A DNA stretch of 64,000 nt from Escherichia coli (GTDB lineage: Bacteria; Pseudomonadota; Gammaproteobacteria; Enterobacterales; Enterobacteriaceae): assembly GCF_011045215.1 (NCBI RefSeq), contig NZ_CP049201.1. One strand, given 5' to 3'. The translations under genes were made by a program, and so were the position numbers. The notes beneath the pieces are model-generated. The model did not search any database. It was not told where the DNA came from and was given only the letters and a program-made list of their open reading frames with translations. Position 1 is the stretch's first letter, and each line of letters begins with the position of its first letter. This document shows, in pieces, positions 15,326-22,990 of this stretch.

Positions 15326-15399
15326 GTATTCCATCAAAGCACAACGGTGCGACAGGTCTTAGTTCCGCTACCCCGGCGTTAAGGGGAAATGAGGTCAAC

Positions 15400-15555
15400 A
15401 TGGATACTATCGATCTTGGCAACAACGAATCTCTGGTATACGGCGTGTTCCCCAACCAGGACGGCACGTTCACCGCCATGACGTATACCAAAAGCAAAAC
15501 GTTTAAAACCGAATCTGGCGCGCGTCGCTGGCTGGAAAGAAACTCAGGTGAGTGA
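15400..15555 (+). CDS. ydfA: YdfA/YdaF homologue (51 aa)
   Basis: MDTIDLGNNESLVYGVFPNQDGTFTAMTYTKSKTFKTESGARRWLERNSGE is near-identical to K-12 YdfA as recalled. Confidence 0.85.
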   Translation: MDTIDLGNNESLVYGVFPNQDGTFTAMTYTKSKTFKTESGARRWLERNSGE

Positions 15556-15556
15556 T

Positions 15557-15685
15557 ATGGATTTCGACACAATCATGGAAAAGGCTTACGAAGAATACTT
15601 CGAAGGCCTTGCCGAAGGCGAAGAAGCTCTCAGCTTCAGCGAATTTAAACAGGCGCTTTCCAGTTCGGTAAAATCTAACGGCTGA
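15557..15685 (+). CDS. ydfB: YdfB/YdaG homologue (42 aa)
   Basis: MDFDTIMEKAYEEYFEGLAEGEEALSFSEFKQALSSSVKSNG. Not in the ORF track (under 60 aa). Confidence 0.8.
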   Translation: MDFDTIMEKAYEEYFEGLAEGEEALSFSEFKQALSSSVKSNG

Positions 15686-15714
15686 TAAGCGAAGCGGCAC
15701 CGCGAGGAATCAGT

Positions 15715-15933
15715 ATGCAGAAACGAGAACCCCTCATCATCGCACCAGACTATACCGATGATGAACTTTATGAGTGGATGCGCGGGAAGATACGCGCCAT
15801 TAATGACCTGAAGCAGGCCACTGACCACAAAGAGCGCCTCTCTGAAACACTGACGTCAGTGACGCAGGATATTATCGCTCTGGCAAAAAGCGCGGCATTA
15901 AACGTTTCGCGACCGGTAAAAACAACTGACTAA
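15715..15933 (+). CDS. ydfC: YdfC homologue (72 aa)
   Basis: MQKREPLIIAPDYTDDELYEWMR... resembles K-12 YdfC as recalled. Confidence 0.75.
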   Translation: MQKREPLIIAPDYTDDELYEWMRGKIRAINDLKQATDHKERLSETLTSVTQDIIALAKSAALNVSRPVKTTD

Positions 15934-15944
15934 TGAGGTTAACC

Positions 15945-16103
15945 ATGAATGAGGCAGAACTGAGACACGTTATAGCATTGCTTCTGGAAGATGCAAAACG
16001 TCTACATGAACTGGAACCAAATGCAGGCACAGGGGCCCGTATTTTGTTAGCAAAAAAATGTCTTGCTTCACAAGTGGTAAAAGCAACTGAACAGCGAGGT
16101 TAA
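15945..16103 (+). CDS. Hypothetical small protein (52 aa)
   Basis: MNEAELRHVIALLLEDAKRLHELEPNAGTGARILLAKKCLASQVVKATEQRG. GAGG SD. Its stop overlaps the next start (TAATG). Confidence 0.5.
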   Translation: MNEAELRHVIALLLEDAKRLHELEPNAGTGARILLAKKCLASQVVKATEQRG

Positions 16104-16741
16104 TGATGGAATTTAAAGATTTACCGCTATCAATCCAGGGGATTGCAGCACACACACTACGTCAACGTCTGAACGAAGCTATGGCTGAATCTGCAACGAA
16201 AGAAACCATTGATAACATGGCTCGTAATGTGCACGATGCGTTTACCGGATTGTATTTCTGTGCGTCTGTAAATAAACACGACCCAGAGAGTGTGGCAAAG
16301 AAAATTGCAGAAACGACAGTGCAAAACATCAATACGAAACCAACCGAAGACGAAATTGACCAGCCTGCCAGTGAACAAAAGAAAGAAAAATCGCCATATG
16401 CGGGGAACATGTTTGTTTATGACAAACTTATCCGAATTCGTGGCGAAATTCCGACTGAATACCTGGCAAAAATTCACCAGGCATTACTTAAAAATCTGGA
16501 AACGGAAGTATTTGATGGCAACACCAACGGCTCCTTCGTGGTGTCAGCCCTCACAAAAGAATGGGATACAGATAATCGCCGGAATGTTGCTACATGGTTA
16601 TTCAGCAACAAAGCTGCTGCCCTGGAAGCTGCGGCCTGTATTTGCGACCTGCTAAGGACAGACCGCAAATACAACCTGGATGTGTATAGCTATATTTATG
16701 CTGAACACTATCCACTCTGGATTGACTGGTTTAAAGGGTAA
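16103..16741 (+). CDS. Hypothetical early protein (212 aa)
   Basis: ORF coupled to the upstream small ORF. No family recognised. Confidence 0.7.
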   Translation: MMEFKDLPLSIQGIAAHTLRQRLNEAMAESATKETIDNMARNVHDAFTGLYFCASVNKHDPESVAKKIAETTVQNINTKPTEDEIDQPASEQKKEKSPYAGNMFVYDKLIRIRGEIPTEYLAKIHQALLKNLETEVFDGNTNGSFVVSALTKEWDTDNRRNVATWLFSNKAAALEAAACICDLLRTDRKYNLDVYSYIYAEHYPLWIDWFKG

Positions 16742-16903
16742 CACCTGCGGGACCGAGCCGACCAGCACCACGATTATTTTATCCTCCATTAAGGGGTGAA
16801 TTAAAAATGGAGACCAACACGCTGCTACGTGTGGTCGTGCGCCGGACACGGATAACCTTCCGGCATGCTCTTTAACAATCTGGATATCCACAACAGCAAT
16901 AAC

Positions 16904-17422
16904 CTACGGATTGCTGCTCAATGCTCTACCTATCTCTTCTTCAGATGGGGGCGGTATATAGTCATCATTGCGTTCAAATTTAAAGCGCGAATCACATTTC
17001 AGGCATTTAGAAATATGGAACTTATCATGCTCACCAATTTCAACAGGTTGAAGTATTGCTATTACACCATGCTGATAGCAATTGGGACAGGCATAGTGAA
17101 AACATGTGTCTTCTTCGTCGAGGCTGTTCCTGAAAGCATAGACAAAATGCCCAAAACCAGTTTTGTGTATCGTATAGCATTCAAGTTTTCGATTACGCTC
17201 GTCAATTTCATGACATTTTTACTTAAGCAAGAGTATTTCCTCGTACTGAAGCGCGAGCGTTTTCGCTAGCTCTGCGTTCTGTATTTGTAAGTCTGCCAGT
17301 TGGCGACGCATTTCGTAGACAGCCTTTTCACGTTCAGATTGGCTTTTTGCATCAAGTATTACCTGTAATAAATCAATCGAGACTTTAATTGCCGTTATTG
17401 ATGAAGTTATTCCAGATAGCAT
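16904..17422 (-). pseudogene. Counter-oriented coiled-coil + zinc-ribbon gene interrupted by one in-frame TAA (17219-17221)
   Basis: A 67-aa ORF (17222-17422, MLSGITSS...EEILLLK) is followed in the same frame by 104 stop-free codons lacking any ATG/GTG/TTG (KCHEIDE...CFHYACPNC...KCLKCDS...SSNP). TATAAT (complement of 17454-17459) lies upstream. Confidence 0.55.
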
Positions 17423-17731
17423 TCTTAACTCTCTTTGTTGTTGGGGTATCCGGATTATACAAAATTCTTGTTGTTGGGGAACAACAGGAACCACCTCGCC
17501 TGATGTGGTTAAAAGCAGGCACACAACACGAAAGCGCACGGCGAAGGTTTCTTTTCCTTAGAAGGCTTGTCGTTAGATTTCTTCGGCCGTGCGCTTCCGG
17601 TTGTGGCAATCCGCGAAATGGCGCGGCGGTAAGTATGGCGGGGTTATCCTTACCCCCACTGGTAGCACCGGGTTGTCAGGTTGACCATACGCTTAAGTGA
17701 CAACCCCGCTACAACATCTCCATGTTGAGGC

Positions 17732-17787
17732 TTGTGTGAGACCTTTGGCGGCATCAGTTTAATTGCTGGCTGATGTCCGCCCTTTTT
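17732..17787 (+). ncRNA. dicF: DicF sRNA homologue (ftsZ-targeting)
   Basis: ...TTTGGCGGcATCAGTTT...CTGATgtCCGCCCTTTTT matches the core and terminator of K-12 DicF as recalled. Sits upstream of the dicB homologue. The 5' end is approximate. Confidence 0.8.
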
Positions 17788-17983
17788 AAAGTGAATTTTG
17801 TGATGTGGTGAATGCGGCTAAGCGCACGCGGAACAGTTAAAAGACCATTTGTTCTCCGTATCAATACTTATGGGTAGGTACTTGCAGGCGGGTCCCTGTA
17901 TTCCGGCGTTAATTGTTAACTGGTTAACGTCACCTGGAGGCACCAGGCACCGCATCACAAAATTCATTGTTGAGGACGCGATA

Positions 17984-18172
17984 ATGGAAACGTTATTACT
18001 CAATTCCACTACGCCTGAGACTCGTTTTGAAATTGGCGTTATCACTGGCGATAAAAACTTTATTGAGGATGCCATTAATCAGATAAAGCATGAGCCAGAT
18101 TCATCAAATGAGATATGCATTGCTTCAATGCTGGCCCGTTTACGCCCGACGCAAAAAGGATGCTGGCAATGA
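17984..18172 (+). CDS. dicB: Cell-division inhibitor DicB homologue (62 aa)
   Basis: METLLLNSTTPETRFEIGVITGDKNFIEDAIN...ICIASMLARLRPTQKGCWQ aligns with K-12 DicB (FEIGV, EDAIN, SMLARLR, KGC.Q). Confidence 0.85.
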   Translation: METLLLNSTTPETRFEIGVITGDKNFIEDAINQIKHEPDSSNEICIASMLARLRPTQKGCWQ

Positions 18173-18372
18173 ATACCACATTTGCACTTGTTCTGACGGT
18201 TTTTCTTGTTTCCGGTGAACCAGTTGACATGGTTATTGGCGTATACAGCTCAATGAAAGAATGCATGGCTGCCGCAGATGAACAGAAAATTCCCGGTAAC
18301 TGTTATCCGGTCGATAAAGTTATTCACCAGGATAATAACGAAATCCCGGCAGGACTTAAAACAGCGCCGTAA
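18169..18372 (+). CDS. ydfD: YdfD homologue (DUF1482, lysis-associated small membrane protein)
   Basis: MNTTFALVLTVFLVSGEPVD...EQKIPGNCYPVDKVIHQDN.EIPAGL matches K-12 YdfD as recalled. ATGA overlap with dicB. Confidence 0.85.
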   Translation: MNTTFALVLTVFLVSGEPVDMVIGVYSSMKECMAAADEQKIPGNCYPVDKVIHQDNNEIPAGLKTAP

Positions 18373-18449
18373 TTGATATTCGGTTTCATTTTTATATGTC
18401 AGCAATGACAGGGATTTGTTCACCCTTAAATCTGTAATGAGGTTTATCA

Positions 18450-20885
18450 ATGAGCACTGATAAAGAAGAATTTGCATTATATTGTGAAGCAAAAAATGAC
18501 AAAGTCAGAAAACGCCTTGGAATTAAAGGTGGTTTTTACTGGACTACAGCAAAAAAATTATCTGTTGCCATCTCCCGCTGCATTACCGCAATGGATGACA
18601 ACGATTATGATGAAGACGACTTTAAAAAACCCGTCCGCGTCCATTTACCCGTTGTGAATGACCTTCCACCTGAAGGCGTGTTTGATACTGAATTCTGTAA
18701 CCGTTACGAAAAAGGCGGGGAAGATGGCATCACAATGGTATTTATCGCGCCCTCACCCTCTGCGCAGGACAAACCAGCCAACATTGACAATACCAACGTC
18801 AACGGCGAAGACATGACTGAGATTGAGGAGAACATGCTCCTGCCGGTTTCAGGTCAGATTCTGCCTGTTCGATGGCTGGCACAGCACGGCAGCAAAAAAC
18901 CGATCACACACGTTTCGCGGGACGAACTGCGCGCATTACATAACGCACAGGATGAAAAACTTCCCGCCGTTACCGCGCTGGCTATCTCAAATAAAGCAGC
19001 GCAACTCGAACCGCTGGAGATTCGCGATCTCCACAAACTGGTGCGAGACACTGACAAAGTTTTCCCCGCCCCCGTAAATTCGGACCTGGGACTGATAACC
19101 TCTTTTATCGAAGCATACCTAGACGCCGACTACACCGATCGCGGTCTGCTGACAAAAGAGTGGATGAAAGGAAATCGTGTTTCGCGTATCACCCGTACGG
19201 CTTCCGGTGCAAATGCCGGTGGCGGGAACAAAACCGATCGCAATCCGAATTTAGTACACACCTTCGATACGCTGGATGTGGAGATTGCAACAGCCACACT
19301 TCCGATGGATTTTAATATTTATGAAATTCCGGGCAGCGTTTATCGTCGCGCAAAAGAAATCGTCCTGAAAAGAGAAAGTCCGTTCAAAGAATGGTCCGCA
19401 GCACTTCGCGCAACCCCGGGTATTCTGGATTATTCCCGCGCCGCTATTTTTGCACTTATCCGGAGCGCTCACCCTGAGTTTTATCACTACCCGGGACGCC
19501 TTCAGGGGTATATCAACGCCCACTTAACGGAGACTGATCACGAGAACCCCAGCAAGGAAACTCTCACTGCTGCACGACATACACCGGAAAAAGACATCCT
19601 GGAAGAAGTTAACCGCGAACTGGCTGCTGAACGCGAAACAGAAGAAGAAAAAAATAATGAGGAAAAATCACAACCGTCTGACGCAATGGCAGATGAACAG
19701 GCAACGACTGAAGCAATGGGACAGGATACAACTGAATATCGCCAGGACACACAATCGCTGGATACTCAGGCACAGATAAATCCGGTTAATCAGGTAAAAG
19801 TTACCGCTGACGAAGTAAACAAAATTATGCAGGCAGCCAATATCAACCAGCCTGATGCCGACAAAATACTGGCAGTCCATCGCGGTGAATTCGTTGACGG
19901 AATTAGCGACCCGAATGATCCGAAATGGGTTAAGGGGATTGAAACCCGCGATTCTGTGAACCAGAACCAGCCCGAATCGGAACAAAACAGCCAAAATGCG
20001 TTACAAAACGAGCCAGAAACGAAACAGCCTGAACCAGAAGAGCAACAAGAACCGGAAAAAGTCTGCACCGCCTGCGGTCAGACCGGCGGCGGCAACTGTC
20101 CTGACTGTGGCGCGGTGATGGGCGACGCAACATACCAGGAAACATTCGATGAAAAAAATCAGGCTGAAGTTCAGGAAGATGATCCGGAGGAAATGGAAGG
20201 CGCTGAACATCCGAACAATGAGAATGCTGGTAACGATCAGTATCACGCCAGCGATAGTGAAACTGGCGAGGCGACAGATCCCTTAATTAATGTGAACGGT
20301 CATCACGAAATCACATCCACCAGCAGTACGTGTGACCATCTAATGATCGACCTTGAAACCATGGGAAAAAATCCTGATGCCCCGATTATCTCAATAGGTG
20401 CAATATTTTTCGATCCGCAAACCGGAGATATGGGACCGGAATTTAGTAAGACTATAGATCTGGAAACAGCTGGCGGAGTCATTGATCGTGACACCATTAA
20501 ATGGTGGCTTAAGCAATCACGCGAGGCGCAATCTGCCATTCTGACCGATGAAATCCCGTTAGATGATGCACTGTTGCAATTGCGGGAATTTATCGACGAA
20601 AACTCCGGCGAATTTTTTGTTCGTGTCTGGGGAAATGGAGCCAGCTTCGACAACGTAATTTTACGCCGTTCATATGAACGGCAGGGGATCCCCTGCCCGT
20701 GGCGTTACTACAACGATCGCGATGTACGCACAATTCTTGAACTGGGAAAAGCCATAGACTTCGATGCCAGAACGGCTATTCCATTCGAAGGCGTACCCCA
20801 CAATGCGCTGGACGATGCCCGTCACCAGGCAAAACAAGTTTCAGCTATCTGGCAAAACCTGATCCCGAGTCAGGCTGATTTTTAA
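18450..20885 (+). CDS. RecE N-terminal-region homologue fused to a DEDDh 3'-5' exonuclease domain (YdfE-like; commonly annotated exodeoxyribonuclease VIII)
   Basis: Residues about 110-640 track K-12 RecE as recalled (NTNVNGEDMTEIEENMLLP, LTKEWMKGNRVS, CTACGQTGGGNCPDCGAVMGDATYQETFDE). The C-terminus has DLET...NGASFDN...HNALDDA exonuclease motifs. Confidence 0.8.
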   Translation: MSTDKEEFALYCEAKNDKVRKRLGIKGGFYWTTAKKLSVAISRCITAMDDNDYDEDDFKKPVRVHLPVVNDLPPEGVFDTEFCNRYEKGGEDGITMVFIAPSPSAQDKPANIDNTNVNGEDMTEIEENMLLPVSGQILPVRWLAQHGSKKPITHVSRDELRALHNAQDEKLPAVTALAISNKAAQLEPLEIRDLHKLVRDTDKVFPAPVNSDLGLITSFIEAYLDADYTDRGLLTKEWMKGNRVSRITRTASGANAGGGNKTDRNPNLVHTFDTLDVEIATATLPMDFNIYEIPGSVYRRAKEIVLKRESPFKEWSAALRATPGILDYSRAAIFALIRSAHPEFYHYPGRLQGYINAHLTETDHENPSKETLTAARHTPEKDILEEVNRELAAERETEEEKNNEEKSQPSDAMADEQATTEAMGQDTTEYRQDTQSLDTQAQINPVNQVKVTADEVNKIMQAANINQPDADKILAVHRGEFVDGISDPNDPKWVKGIETRDSVNQNQPESEQNSQNALQNEPETKQPEPEEQQEPEKVCTACGQTGGGNCPDCGAVMGDATYQETFDEKNQAEVQEDDPEEMEGAEHPNNENAGNDQYHASDSETGEATDPLINVNGHHEITSTSSTCDHLMIDLETMGKNPDAPIISIGAIFFDPQTGDMGPEFSKTIDLETAGGVIDRDTIKWWLKQSREAQSAILTDEIPLDDALLQLREFIDENSGEFFVRVWGNGASFDNVILRRSYERQGIPCPWRYYNDRDVRTILELGKAIDFDARTAIPFEGVPHNALDDARHQAKQVSAIWQNLIPSQADF

Positions 20886-20949
20886 TGTTCAACCCCGGTC
20901 GTCGCCCACTAGCTATAGTGGTGGCGACCATGATTAGCGAACGACGCTC

Positions 20950-21198
20950 ATGGCAAGACTTATTCTGCTCACTGAGTGGGCAAAAGAGGAATTCAGCGAT
21001 CCGGTCCCTACTCCGGGCACGTTAAGTAAATACGCTAAAGCCGGAATGATATTTCCTCTCCCCAAAAAAGTTGGAAGACACTGGCGAGTGGATCCACGAG
21101 CTCGCTTTGTCGGAATGGTAAACAAGCCGGAGGTGATCGCCACAGATCACCCTGCTTTGAAGAGGATACTGGAAGATGGCGCGCCCGCGAAAATATAA
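20950..21198 (+). CDS. xis: Excisionase (lambda Xis-like)
   Basis: LTEWAKEEF...GMIFPLPKKVGRHWRV resembles the lambda Xis fold sequence. Overlaps the int start. Confidence 0.8.
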   Translation: MARLILLTEWAKEEFSDPVPTPGTLSKYAKAGMIFPLPKKVGRHWRVDPRARFVGMVNKPEVIATDHPALKRILEDGAPAKI

Positions 21199-22306
21199 AA
21201 CCGAAGTTCCGGGACTATCTCCGTATTTTGACAAAAGAAATAACAAAGTTTACTGGCGTTACAGGCATCCCATAACAGGCAAAAATCACGGTCTCGGCAG
21301 TATTGACCAGAAACTGGCAGAAACTATTGCAGCAGAAGCGAACAGCCGTCTTGCCAGGCAGCAAATGGAACAAATGCTCAGTCTGCAGGAGAAAATTATT
21401 AATGATACCGGCGGTTCATCAACCGTTTCCATTTTTCTGAATAATTACAGAAAAATTCAACAGGAAAGATATGAAAACGGAGAGATCAAACTCAACACGC
21501 TGAAACAAAAAGCGGCCCCTCTCAGGGTATTTGATGAACGTTTTGGCACCAGACCGTTAGATGCCATAACTGTAAAAGATGTGGTATCGGTGCTGGAAGA
21601 GTACAAGGCCAGAGGACATAACAGAATGGGGCAAATTTTCAGGAAGGTACTGATCGATGTTTTCCGGGAAGCTCAGCAAACAGGCGATGTTCCGCCAGGC
21701 TTTAACCCTGCAGAATCGGCAAAAAAACCGCAGGTGCGGATATCAAGACAGCGACTGACTTTTGATGAGTGGATGATGATTTATAACGCAGCGGAAAAGG
21801 ATGGTTACTTTTTACAGCGCGGCATGCTGCTGGCACTGATGACAGGCCAGCGCCTTTCAGATATTTGCAAAATGCAATTTTCGGATATCCGGGATGGTTA
21901 TCTTCATGTCGAACAGCAAAAAACAGGAACCCGGATTGCCATCCCTCTTGCTCTGCGTTGCAATAAATTAAATCTCACCCTGGATGATGTGGTGTCATCC
22001 TGTCGCGATTGCGTTCTTAGTCCGTGGCTATTGCACCACCATCATGCGAAAGGGACAGCCAAGCGCGGCGGGATGGTTAAGCCAGCAACGTTAACAGTTG
22101 CATTTAAAAAAGCGCGGGATTCTGTGGATTACAACTGGCGTGCTAATGGCACCCCACCCTCTTTCCATGAGCAGAGATCTTTATCAGAGCGATTGTTCAG
22201 AGAGCAGGGAATTGATACCCAAATTTTGCTGGGTCATTCGAATCAAAAAATGACCGATATTTACAACGATGCACGCGGCAAGGAGTGGAAAAAACTGGTC
22301 ATTTGA
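21176..22306 (+). CDS. int: Tyrosine integrase (lambda Int family)
   Basis: 376 aa. C-terminal catalytic region with HHHAKGTA...LLGHSNQKMTDIYNDARG (H-x-x-R / Y motif context). Last phage gene before ompW. Confidence 0.9.
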   Translation: MARPRKYKTEVPGLSPYFDKRNNKVYWRYRHPITGKNHGLGSIDQKLAETIAAEANSRLARQQMEQMLSLQEKIINDTGGSSTVSIFLNNYRKIQQERYENGEIKLNTLKQKAAPLRVFDERFGTRPLDAITVKDVVSVLEEYKARGHNRMGQIFRKVLIDVFREAQQTGDVPPGFNPAESAKKPQVRISRQRLTFDEWMMIYNAAEKDGYFLQRGMLLALMTGQRLSDICKMQFSDIRDGYLHVEQQKTGTRIAIPLALRCNKLNLTLDDVVSSCRDCVLSPWLLHHHHAKGTAKRGGMVKPATLTVAFKKARDSVDYNWRANGTPPSFHEQRSLSERLFREQGIDTQILLGHSNQKMTDIYNDARGKEWKKLVI

Positions 22307-22313
22307 TGACCAG

Positions 22314-22347
22314 TTTTGCAGAGGAGTTTTGCAGAGATTTTGCAGAG
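22314..22347 (+). repeat. Three direct TTTTGCAGAG repeats (candidate Int arm-type binding sites, P' arm)
   Basis: Exact 10-mers at 22314, 22327 and 22338, between the int stop (22306) and the ompW stop (22352). Confidence 0.5.
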
Positions 22348-22351
22348 AAAA

Positions 22352-22990
22352 TTAAAAGCGGTACCCGGCAGAGAACATAAACACCCACGGATCCAGTCGT
22401 ACCGCGTCTTTCACGGGTGTTCCGTTAGATTTATAGCTGGCTGTGGTATCGATATCCATGTACCACACTGACATGTTAACCAACCAGTCACGGTTAATCA
22501 GATAATCAACCCCCACCTGCCCGGCAGCTCCCCAGGAATCTTTCAGACTGAGATCGGAAAGCCCCGCCTCTTTGCCATGATCGTTAAATCCATTATCAAA
22601 GAAGGTGGTGTAGTTAATACCTGCCCCAACATAAGGACGGAATTTGCTGCTGGCATCACCAAAATACCACTGCGCCATCAGTGTTGGCGGCAGATGATGA
22701 ACGGTTGCAATATCGCCGGTCGCCCGGGTGCCGATTTTATGGCGGAACGGCGTCGCTGCCAGTAATTCCACACCAATGTTGTCGGTCGCCATATAAGTAA
22801 ACGTCAGGCCCAGTTGAGTGTTATTGGTCACGCTGAATCCACCCAGACTTCCTAACGTACCACCAGCACCTTCTGTTGGACGTACGGTTGCAGAACCTGC
22901 ACGCATAAAAAATTCGCCTGCTTCATGCGCAAAGGCACTGCCAGAGAGAAGAGTTGTTACTGCCAAAGCCGCCACTGTTAACTTTTTCAT
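22352..22990 (-). CDS. ompW: Outer membrane protein W
   Basis: 212 aa. Matches K-12 OmpW as recalled except residues about 185-196. Confidence 0.95.
   Translation of the reverse strand: MKKLTVAALAVTTLLSGSAFAHEAGEFFMRAGSATVRPTEGAGGTLGSLGGFSVTNNTQLGLTFTYMATDNIGVELLAATPFRHKIGTRATGDIATVHHLPPTLMAQWYFGDASSKFRPYVGAGINYTTFFDNGFNDHGKEAGLSDLSLKDSWGAAGQVGVDYLINRDWLVNMSVWYMDIDTTASYKSNGTPVKDAVRLDPWVFMFSAGYRF

Larger units (their letters stand above)
1..22351. mobile_element. Lambdoid (Rac/Qin-type) prophage, integrase-proximal ~22 kb. The other end lies beyond the window start and the exact right junction is uncertain (about 22307-22440).
   Basis: Contiguous phage modules: lysis, Q, RusA/nin, replication, Cro/CII-like, DicA-like repressor, dicB-type operon, exonuclease, Xis, Int. 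Directly followed by ompW and K-12-like core genes. Confidence 0.9.

Noticed and set aside
16808-16876. 22-aa plus-strand ORF (METNTLLRVVVRRTRITFRHAL) after the 212-aa gene
   Set aside because: It is very short, and its AAGGGG lies 10 nt from the ATG. It overlaps hairpin-forming sequence that more likely serves as the 3' end of the converging transcripts.
19538-20653. Several antisense ORFs (70-116 aa) inside the exonuclease gene
   Set aside because: They lie opposite the acidic low-complexity linker and exonuclease domain. Their Ser/Cys/Phe-rich sequences lack expression signals.
22314-22347. Short tandem repeats as a possible CRISPR or minisatellite
   Set aside because: There are only three 10-bp units with 1-3 bp spacers and no cas genes. 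The location between int and the junction fits recombinase arm sites much better.
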